Below are positions 57,158 to 64,000 of a DNA stretch of 64,000 nucleotides, piece after piece. The notes beneath the pieces are model-generated. The model did not search any database. It was not told the DNA's origin and saw only the letters and a list, made by a program, of their open reading frames with translations. The first letter of the stretch is position 1. Each line of letters opens with the position of its first letter. The stretch lies in the NCBI GenBank assembly GCA_913020145.1, contig CAJWAI010000001.1, positions 1,130-65,129 on the forward strand, in the 5' to 3' direction. The stretch comes from an uncultured Gammaproteobacteria bacterium. GTDB lineage: Bacteria; Pseudomonadota; Gammaproteobacteria; Magnimaribacterales; TMED112. The position numbers and the translations under genes were made by a program.

Positions 57158-58645
57158 ATGACTAAGGTTGAAACCAGCCAAAAAAAAATCTCAAGTTTTT
57201 TAAATTCTGATAGAAAAACGATAAAAGGCTTAGAAAAAGAAAATTTAAGATCAGATCCAGAGGGAAAAATATCAAATAATGATTTTCCTGATACCTTTGG
57301 AATTCATAACTTCAATAGTTTTATCACACTTGATTATTCAGAGCCTCATTTAGAAATTGTCACCCCTACATTTGAAGACAACCGAGAGCTATTTGGATTC
57401 TTAAAACACCTTCATACTTATGTTGAGTCTAATCTAGGTGAAGATTTTCTATGGAATTACTCCATGCCTCCAAGATTTAAAAGAAAATATATCAAACTAC
57501 CTCCTCATAGGGATGCAAATATTACAAAGCTAGCTCATTTATATAGATTGGGACTAAGAAACAGATATGGTGACAAGATGCAAAGTACAGCTGGCATCCA
57601 TTTCAATATTTCTTTTTCTGATTCTGTAATTAAGTCACTTTCAGAAAGTAAGACAGATATATACTTGGGTGCTTGTAGAAATTTTTTGAGAGTCTTTCCT
57701 CTTGTTTTGAGATTAATAGGCTGTTCCCCTATCACTCATAAATCTTTTCTTAAGGATAGAAACCTCAATATTGATAAGTTAAATGATGAAGACTGCTACC
57801 TGCCTAAATCTACTTCTCTAAGGGTAAGCAGACTAGGCTACTATTCAGAAGAACAAGATGAAAACTTTATTACTTTCAATTCTCTAGAAGAATATCTTAA
57901 AACTATTCAAAACTATATTAATACTCCAAATGAAAAATTTAGTGACATATCATTAGACCTGAAACAGCAAGTGAATAATGGCACTATTCAGATGGAAAGT
58001 GAGCTTTACAACCATATTAGACCTAAAGGAATATTTTCTACTACTGAAAGACAGTACAACCAACTTAAGAAATCAGGAATTGAATACTTAGAAATTAGAT
58101 CGATCGATCTCAACCCCTATTCTGAGATTGGAATCTCAATTGAAGATGTTGAATTCTTAGAATTGCTTTCTTTATTCTGTTCTCTGTCAGATTCACCAAA
58201 GATAGATGAAACTGAAGCTACTGTCATTAAGGAAAATATAAGGCGTGCTTCAGAAGTTGGACAAAACTGTACTTTGTTAAATGGTTTAAGTGTAGAAAAT
58301 GGTGAAACAGATATAAAAGAATTAACCAATAACCTTTTAGAAGATTTAGAAAGTTTTGCAAAAAAAATTGAATTGAGATCTCAGTTAGATAATATGTTTT
58401 CTGAGTATTTCTCTAGAAATAAGAACCCTCTATCATCGCGTTTACTTAATGATGTCGCTTCCGATCAGTTGCTTAATTATGTTTTGAAAAATTCAAAGAA
58501 AATAAAAGATAAAGTGCCTGATTCAGTTTTAGATCTCTTTAGGAAAGAAAGCGCATTATCTGAGAAGGAATACCTAAAGGCTAAGAATCAAGATAATATA
58601 GACTTTCAAACTTTCATTAAAAATTTTAGAGAGGAGATTAAATGA
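57158..58645 (+). CDS. gshA: Glutamate-cysteine ligase (type 1)
   Basis: Motifs include GLEKENLR, SEPHLEIVTP, GIHFNISF and LEIRSIDLNP. Confidence 0.9.
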   Translation: MTKVETSQKKISSFLNSDRKTIKGLEKENLRSDPEGKISNNDFPDTFGIHNFNSFITLDYSEPHLEIVTPTFEDNRELFGFLKHLHTYVESNLGEDFLWNYSMPPRFKRKYIKLPPHRDANITKLAHLYRLGLRNRYGDKMQSTAGIHFNISFSDSVIKSLSESKTDIYLGACRNFLRVFPLVLRLIGCSPITHKSFLKDRNLNIDKLNDEDCYLPKSTSLRVSRLGYYSEEQDENFITFNSLEEYLKTIQNYINTPNEKFSDISLDLKQQVNNGTIQMESELYNHIRPKGIFSTTERQYNQLKKSGIEYLEIRSIDLNPYSEIGISIEDVEFLELLSLFCSLSDSPKIDETEATVIKENIRRASEVGQNCTLLNGLSVENGETDIKELTNNLLEDLESFAKKIELRSQLDNMFSEYFSRNKNPLSSRLLNDVASDQLLNYVLKNSKKIKDKVPDSVLDLFRKESALSEKEYLKAKNQDNIDFQTFIKNFREEIK

Positions 58646-59643
58646 AAATTTTACATTGCAAAGAATATGGGCCAGTGGAAAATCTTGTTTGGGAAGATAT
58701 TGATTCGCCTGAACCAGGTGACAACGAAGTTATAGTAACGATAAAGGCTGCGGCCTTAAATTTTCCAGACTATTTGATTGTACAAGGGCTTTATCAGTTC
58801 AAGCCTGAGGTTCCTTTTGCTCCAGGTAATGAAGGTGCAGGTGTTATTAAAAAAGTTGGGAAGAATGTTACTCGTGTTAAAGAGGGAGATCGAGTTTCTT
58901 TTATGCTTCCTTATGGCGCTTTTGCCGAAGAGGCATGTACGCATGAGTTTGGAGTATTTCCAATTTCCGATGACATTACATTCGACATGGCAGCTTCATA
59001 CCAAATGGCTTACGGCACAAGTTATCATGCCTTAATGCAAAGAGGACAACTTACAGAACATGATGAAGTTTTAGTGCTTGGCGCATCAGGAGGAGTTGGT
59101 TTAGCCGCCGTTGATATAGCTAAGGCTAAAGGTGCTAGAGTTGTAGCTGGAGTCTCGACCGAAGAGAAAGCAAAAATTTGCCGTGACTATGGAGTTGATG
59201 ATGTTGTTATCTATGGTGATGGACCAAAAGATAAAGATGAATCAAAAGCTTTTGCTGCTGAACTTAAATCTAAGAGTACGCATGGTGGATACAGTATTAT
59301 TTATGATCCTATTGGCGATTGTTATACAGAGCCTGCATTCAGATCTATCGGTTGGAAAGGCAGATACCTCGTAGTTGGTTTTGCTGCTGGGCAAATACCT
59401 AAATTACCTATTAACTTAACTCTTTTGAAAGGAGCATCTCTAGTTGGTGTGTTCTGGGGCAGTTTTACTGCTCTTGAAGCAGAAACCAATCAACAAAATA
59501 TTGCTGACATAAATAAAATGTTAGCTGAAGGTAAAATTAAACCTCTAATTTCAGAAACATTCCCAATGGAAAAAGCTGTTGATGCTATTCAAATGATCGG
59601 CAATAGAAAGGTGATGGGTAAAGTTGTTCTAATTAACAGTTAA
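58642..59643 (+). CDS. NADPH:quinone oxidoreductase (MDR / zeta-crystallin family)
   Basis: Motifs include AAALNFPD and PGNEGAGV, and the Rossmann motif is LGASGGVGLAAVDIAK. Confidence 0.85.
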   Translation: MKILHCKEYGPVENLVWEDIDSPEPGDNEVIVTIKAAALNFPDYLIVQGLYQFKPEVPFAPGNEGAGVIKKVGKNVTRVKEGDRVSFMLPYGAFAEEACTHEFGVFPISDDITFDMAASYQMAYGTSYHALMQRGQLTEHDEVLVLGASGGVGLAAVDIAKAKGARVVAGVSTEEKAKICRDYGVDDVVIYGDGPKDKDESKAFAAELKSKSTHGGYSIIYDPIGDCYTEPAFRSIGWKGRYLVVGFAAGQIPKLPINLTLLKGASLVGVFWGSFTALEAETNQQNIADINKMLAEGKIKPLISETFPMEKAVDAIQMIGNRKVMGKVVLINS

Positions 59644-60252
59644 TAAATACTTAACAACCAATGCCATGGCGCTGCTTTCAAGTGGGCCTCTAAAAATGCC
59701 AAGAACTTCAGCATCCGAATTTACAACAATAAGATGATTTGTGTGAGTAATTATTCTTTGATTCATGTGGTTTTCCATTGGGGCAAGTTTCTGTACTCCT
59801 AATTGTTGGCCCAACTTAACAACTTCTGGTATCTCACCTGTTAGCCCCATAAATTCTGGATTAAATCCTGTGACATAGGCTTTAAGTCTTTCTAGGGTAT
59901 CAATCTCTGGATCAAAACTAACCAAGTAGTATGCAACTTCATCTGTTTCGATTTTATCGTAGAGTTGTCGCATCAATGACATCATTACTGGGCACTCAGT
60001 AGGGCAGCTTGTGTAACCAAAATATAAGAAATTTAATTTCTTGTTTTGAAAATCTTCTCTAGTAAATTCAGCTCCATCATAGTCAATAAGCCTAAAATCT
60101 CTAACCGGCTCATTAGTGTTATATGGGTAAAAGCCATTAACTATCATCTCATCTATAGATAGAGGTCTTGGTTGGCTAATTCTCCATACCGAATAGACTG
60201 ACAAAAATATGACTATGCCGAAAAGAAGAAAAGTGAGTGCATTTTTAGACAT
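59629..60252 (-). CDS. SCO1/SenC copper chaperone
   Basis: It has a TM anchor, the motif FGYTSCPTECP (CxxxC) and a downstream His. It lies at the end of the cox assembly cluster. Confidence 0.88.
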   Translation of the reverse strand: MSKNALTFLLFGIVIFLSVYSVWRISQPRPLSIDEMIVNGFYPYNTNEPVRDFRLIDYDGAEFTREDFQNKKLNFLYFGYTSCPTECPVMMSLMRQLYDKIETDEVAYYLVSFDPEIDTLERLKAYVTGFNPEFMGLTGEIPEVVKLGQQLGVQKLAPMENHMNQRIITHTNHLIVVNSDAEVLGIFRGPLESSAMALVVKYLLTVN

Positions 60253-61111
60253 ATAACGAAATTAAAAAATCAATGTAAGTTGCTAAGAAGAAAAGAAACA
60301 TATATTTCACTGAGAAGTTAAAGATTTTCATTGAAAGTTCATTCTCCCTGTCATTTAAGTATGCAATACATAGGTAAATGAAGTACAGATTTAAAGTAGT
60401 TGTTGAGATTAAGTAGAAATATCCGGTTAAACCATAAAAGAATGGAGCCAGAGATGCTGCCAAGAGCAAAATAGCATAAACAACCATTTCTTTTTTTGTT
60501 CTGGAGACTCCTTTTGCAATAGGCATCATTGGCACTCCCTCTTTTTTATACTCTTCTAGTCTATCTATCGCTAGGGGCCAGAAATGCGGTGGCGTCCATA
60601 AAAAAATAACAAGCACAAGCGTTAAAGGGAGCAGTGAAATATCATTATTTACTGCTGTCCAACCTATGAGTGGAGGCAAAGCTCCAGACAAACCACCAAT
60701 AACAATATTCTGAGGTGTCGCCCACTTTAAATATATGGTGTAGATGAGGCTATAAAAGATAAATCCAAATGTTGTGATTAACAAAGTCATTAAATTAGAA
60801 AAGTAGAGCAAAAGGCTTGAGCCCACAAATAATAAAATTGCTGTAAAAGTTAATGCGCTGAATAAAGAGATCTCACCACTAGCAAGCGGTCTTTTTTTTG
60901 TTCTGTTCATGTTTTTGTCTGTTTCTCTATCAAATATTTGATTAAGGGCTGCAGATGCGCCAGCTAAAAGCGCAAAACCAAGCAAACTAGCAAGGCCATC
61001 TAAAATGTTGCTATAAAAATTGATTGATAGAAGCATTCCTACTAATGCTGTTACAGTCAGCAGCAAAACTATCTTTGGTTTACATAAATTTATATAGCTA
61101 GCTAGATTCAT
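60245..61111 (-). CDS. ctaB: Protoheme IX farnesyltransferase (heme O synthase)
   Basis: The UbiA-family motifs are NQIFDRETDKNMNRTKKRPLASG. The protein is polytopic. Confidence 0.92.
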   Translation of the reverse strand: MNLASYINLCKPKIVLLLTVTALVGMLLSINFYSNILDGLASLLGFALLAGASAALNQIFDRETDKNMNRTKKRPLASGEISLFSALTFTAILLFVGSSLLLYFSNLMTLLITTFGFIFYSLIYTIYLKWATPQNIVIGGLSGALPPLIGWTAVNNDISLLPLTLVLVIFLWTPPHFWPLAIDRLEEYKKEGVPMMPIAKGVSRTKKEMVVYAILLLAASLAPFFYGLTGYFYLISTTTLNLYFIYLCIAYLNDRENELSMKIFNFSVKYMFLFFLATYIDFLISLYV

Positions 61112-62114
61112 TACCTCTCCTGGAGCTTAAATAAATCATAACAATAAATGTTAGGAACAAGGTTACGGCTATAAGATTGTGAGCAACACCATTCCATACA
61201 GCAACAAGTGTCATGATGTTGCTTATTCCCAATAAGACTTGAAGGAATAATGCTGAGAGAAAAAATATAACGATTGGTTTTGTTTTCTCAGACCAGATTT
61301 TTACTGATAGAAATAATGAATAAAAGCATATAAAGATCGCTCCTATTCTATGAGTTAAATGTATTGCTGTCCTAGCTTCACCACTCATTTCTCCGTATAA
61401 GTAATTAGGGCCAATAGGCTGAAATAGATCAAATCCTTCGCTGAACTTTGTTGTTGGAAGAAATTCTCCACTGTGACAAGTAGGAAACTCCAGACATGAC
61501 CATGAAGCATAGTTAGTTGAAGTCCAAACACCTAAGAATATTTGGAGAATAAGAAGGATAAAACCAAAAAATATATAATTCCTGTTTTTTACTAAAGATT
61601 CATAAGAGGTTCTTTTTAAAAGCTTGCCTTGGTTATTTGTATAGATTTCTGATGATTTTAAGTAAATAAGTAAAAAAAGTGATGCCACAATCATTGCGCC
61701 AAATAAATGAGTAGAAACAATCAATGGGTGAAGCTTTAGTGTTACTGTAAGGGCGCCAAAAATTCCTTGGCAGATGGTAACAATTAAAAGTATTGATGCC
61801 TCAGCTTTCATTTTTTTCTCTCGAATAGTTATTGCTAGTAAAGCTATGGCAAATAAGCCAAGCGATGCAGCAAAAAACCTATGAACAACTTCAGGTATTA
61901 CTTTTGCAATGTCTACAGGATTATCGGGAAATCGATTATTAGCTGCTTCAATAGCTTCAGGTGTTTGAGGGAATATCCATTCTCCATAACATAATGGCCA
62001 ATCTGGGCAGCCTAAGCCAGCATCTTCTAGTCTGGTCCATGCTCCTAAAGCTATAACTACGAAACAGAAAACTATTCCTATAATTGAAAAAAACTTGGCA
62101 GAAAAGATATTCAT
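61098..62114 (-). CDS. ctaA: Heme A synthase (COX15/CtaA)
   Basis: It has 8 TM helices and conserved His residues (VVHRFFA, STHLFGA, HLTHRIGA, VAHNL). Confidence 0.88.
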   Translation of the reverse strand: MNIFSAKFFSIIGIVFCFVVIALGAWTRLEDAGLGCPDWPLCYGEWIFPQTPEAIEAANNRFPDNPVDIAKVIPEVVHRFFAASLGLFAIALLAITIREKKMKAEASILLIVTICQGIFGALTVTLKLHPLIVSTHLFGAMIVASLFLLIYLKSSEIYTNNQGKLLKRTSYESLVKNRNYIFFGFILLILQIFLGVWTSTNYASWSCLEFPTCHSGEFLPTTKFSEGFDLFQPIGPNYLYGEMSGEARTAIHLTHRIGAIFICFYSLFLSVKIWSEKTKPIVIFFLSALFLQVLLGISNIMTLVAVWNGVAHNLIAVTLFLTFIVMIYLSSRRGNESS

Positions 62115-62668
62115 AATAGTGTTTCTAAATCCTCAAAAATATCACTAAAAGACAAACTAACATTAAACTCCCAAACAACTAGCGCAAATGAATCTACAAG
62201 AAACATTGATTTAGAGACATATGGATCACTTAAATTTTCTGACATTCTCTGTTTAAATAAATTATCTTTGTCATAGAGAAAAATGACTTCAGGAAACTTT
62301 GCTCTTAAACTCTCTACTTTGTTGAACTTCTCTATATCTTTATAGATAACTAATCTTCTTAGGCGATGGCTCTCTCGTCGAAGAGTTGCTTTTGAACTTC
62401 TTGCGATTGTATAGCGATCAAGACTGAATTCCTCATCATCAAAATCATCAAAATAAACAAAATACCACTTACCGGGTTCAAAAATAAACTGCTCCCCACT
62501 CTTTTCTATTAAATTAAGATTTGTTGTTTCTATTTTTGGGTCTAATGGATTACCATTGGCATTTATTGCGCTTGGTTTGTAGCCTAAATAAAAAGTTAAA
62601 GTTGAAGCAACTAAGGTTATTAGGGGTATTAATAAAATTAATAACGCTAATCGATATTGTTTATCCAT
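62111..62668 (-). CDS. Hypothetical membrane-anchored protein conserved in position between SURF1 and ctaA
   Basis: It has an N-terminal TM helix (LALLILLIPLITLVASTLTFYL) and a soluble domain of about 150 aa with no Cys residues. The start was chosen at MDKQYR. Confidence 0.5.
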   Translation of the reverse strand: MDKQYRLALLILLIPLITLVASTLTFYLGYKPSAINANGNPLDPKIETTNLNLIEKSGEQFIFEPGKWYFVYFDDFDDEEFSLDRYTIARSSKATLRRESHRLRRLVIYKDIEKFNKVESLRAKFPEVIFLYDKDNLFKQRMSENLSDPYVSKSMFLVDSFALVVWEFNVSLSFSDIFEDLETLL

Positions 62669-63344
62669 CTTTTCTCCTATAGGCATAGATGGTTAATATT
62701 ATTAATGCTAGACAAAGACCAAACCATTGAATTGCATACCCAATGTGCTTGCTTGAGCTCATATTCACTGGTTTTTCTATAGAAGAAAATTTCATTTCAT
62801 CTTCCTCTTGCAAGTTAAAAAGGTATACATAAATGTCCTTATTTTTTAATGATGAATATCTTTCTTTCAAGTAATTAAGATCAAATTCTTGAATTATCCT
62901 TGGGTCTGACTCTTGTATATTTTGAACGAATGAGTTGTTCGCTCTTCTCAAGACTTTTCCTTCCAAATTTTTTACTCCTTCTGGCACTTCAACTTCTGGC
63001 AGATTATTTTTTATCCTATTTCTTTCTATGAAACCTCTGTGAACAAAAATATAAGAATTATCTAAATTTTGAAATAGATGATAAATTTTGTACCCAGCCT
63101 TACCATCTAGAATTGCATTATCTTCATAGATAATAAGATCCTCAAACTTGCCTGAGGTTTTTATAGGTTGCCAGTTCTTATGATCATTATCTAACACTAA
63201 AGGGTCAGAAAAGAGAAGTTTGTCATAATTTTCAAGTATCTCTATTTTTTCGTTTGCACGATTAACCTGCCATATACCTAATGAAAAGGTAAGTGGAGCA
63301 AAAATGATTGCAAAAATTAATATCTTTAATTTAAAGCTTTTCAA
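62661..63344 (-). CDS. SURF1-family cytochrome oxidase assembly protein
   Basis: The N-terminal TM helix carries GIWQVNRANEK and a C-terminal TM helix carries HIGYAIQWF. Confidence 0.88.
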   Translation of the reverse strand: MKSFKLKILIFAIIFAPLTFSLGIWQVNRANEKIEILENYDKLLFSDPLVLDNDHKNWQPIKTSGKFEDLIIYEDNAILDGKAGYKIYHLFQNLDNSYIFVHRGFIERNRIKNNLPEVEVPEGVKNLEGKVLRRANNSFVQNIQESDPRIIQEFDLNYLKERYSSLKNKDIYVYLFNLQEEDEMKFSSIEKPVNMSSSKHIGYAIQWFGLCLALIILTIYAYRRKDG

Positions 63345-63359
63345 TGTTTTAATATCTCA

Positions 63360-63572
63360 GTGTTAAAAACTATTATCCTTATTTTACTTGCATTAGTTTT
63401 AATTAGTCTTGCTTCAAGTCTTGCATTCCTATTTATTGATAGAGGCAATCCGAATAAAAAACGAATCTTATATGGTCTAGGGTTTAGAGTTACTCTTGGC
63501 GTTATTTTAGTAATTCTTATTATCTATGGCGTTTACTCTGGAGAACTTGGCAACAGAGATCCTGGGATTTAA
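63360..63572 (+). CDS. Twin-transmembrane-helix small protein (DUF2909-like)
   Basis: GTG start. The gene is 70 aa with two TM helices joined by the loop DRGNPNKKR. It is embedded in the cox cluster but sits on the opposite strand. Confidence 0.55.
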   Translation: MLKTIILILLALVLISLASSLAFLFIDRGNPNKKRILYGLGFRVTLGVILVILIIYGVYSGELGNRDPGI

Positions 63573-64000
63573 AGAATATAAACGAACAAGAAGAGACAAA
63601 CCCAAACAACGTCAACAAAATGCCAATACCATGAGGCTGCTTCAAAACCAAAGTGTTCTTTATCAGTAAAATGCTTAAATCCTGTTGATCTTGTGAGCTG
63701 AGTAAGAAGGAAAATCCCTCCAATCAAAACATGCATTCCATGGAACCCGGTCAGCATGAAGAAGGTTGTGCCATATACTCCAGATGATATTGTAAGCCCT
63801 AAGTGAGCATAAGCTTCGTAGTACTCAACTGCCTGCAGAATTACAAAGATAAAAGCTAGAGCAACTGTTATTCCTAACCAGAAATTAAATCTTTTCCTAT
63901 TGTTATCTTTTAAAGCCATATGAGCAAAATGCACAGTACCACTAGAACTTAGTAAAACGATTGTGTTCCATAGTGGCAGCCAGGTAAAAATGCTGCTAAT
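63569..64000 (-). CDS. coxC: Cytochrome c oxidase subunit III (partial; the N-terminus lies beyond the window end)
   Basis: The frame stays open upstream of the track ATG and reads ...WNTIVLLSSSGTVHFAHMAL. The C-terminal motifs are FGFEAASWYWHFVDVVW. Confidence 0.9.
   Translation of the reverse strand: MSSIFTWLPLWNTIVLLSSSGTVHFAHMALKDNNRKRFNFWLGITVALAFIFVILQAVEYYEAYAHLGLTISSGVYGTTFFMLTGFHGMHVLIGGIFLLTQLTRSTGFKHFTDKEHFGFEAASWYWHFVDVVWVCLFLFVYIL

Noticed and set aside
1-64000. CRISPR arrays, IS elements or transposases, prophage genes, toxin-antitoxin pairs, restriction-modification systems and other known defence systems
   Set aside because: Reading all ORFs on both strands and the few spacers over 60 nt revealed no repeat-spacer structure, no transposase or integrase apart from xerC, and no nuclease, methylase or ATPase combinations typical of defence loci.

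Overview
The window is an AT-rich, very gene-dense chromosomal segment. Most neighbouring genes are separated by fewer than 40 nt or overlap by 1-25 nt. Gene order is gammaproteobacterial and Pseudomonas-like: rsmE-gshB-ruvX-dnaG-rpoD, fis-purH-purD, amgK-murU next to lptD-surA-pdxA-rsmA-apaH, zapA-ssrS-fcl-rpiA, miaB-ybeZ-ybeY-corC-lnt, ubiE-ubiB-tatABC, dapF-xerC-yigB, and coxC-SURF1-ctaA-ctaB-SCO. It looks like core genome of a streamlined marine-type gammaproteobacterium, but that taxon call is inference only. I call about 75 CDS, one tRNA(CAU) and a 6S RNA. Three real-looking genes under 60 aa are absent from the ORF track: tatA, an ArfA-like peptide and a UbiK-like peptide. Several track ORFs have N-terminal extensions that I trimmed. 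I see no mobile elements, CRISPR arrays, prophage or recognisable defence genes, and no convincing wholly new multi-gene system. The least housekeeping part is 0.8-8.8 kb. There a signal-peptide-only TonB_C protein and a 1001-aa hybrid kinase converge on an operon that joins a PiT phosphate transporter to an orphan membrane protein, a PAS-EAL phosphodiesterase, an unusual DHp-DHp-REC-GGDEF protein with no ATPase domain, and a single-domain REC. Other points worth a second look are the fcl start codon buried in the 6S RNA closing helix, the ArfA-like ORF overlapping the tatC 3' end, and the only unexplained long spacer (31026-31267), which carries twin GC-rich hairpins. A near-consensus promoter followed by an 11-bp-period direct repeat, and several shortened envelope or RNA enzymes (LptD, Lnt, Cca), also stand out. 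All calls come from reading the translations, motifs and synteny by eye; no searches or folding programs were run.
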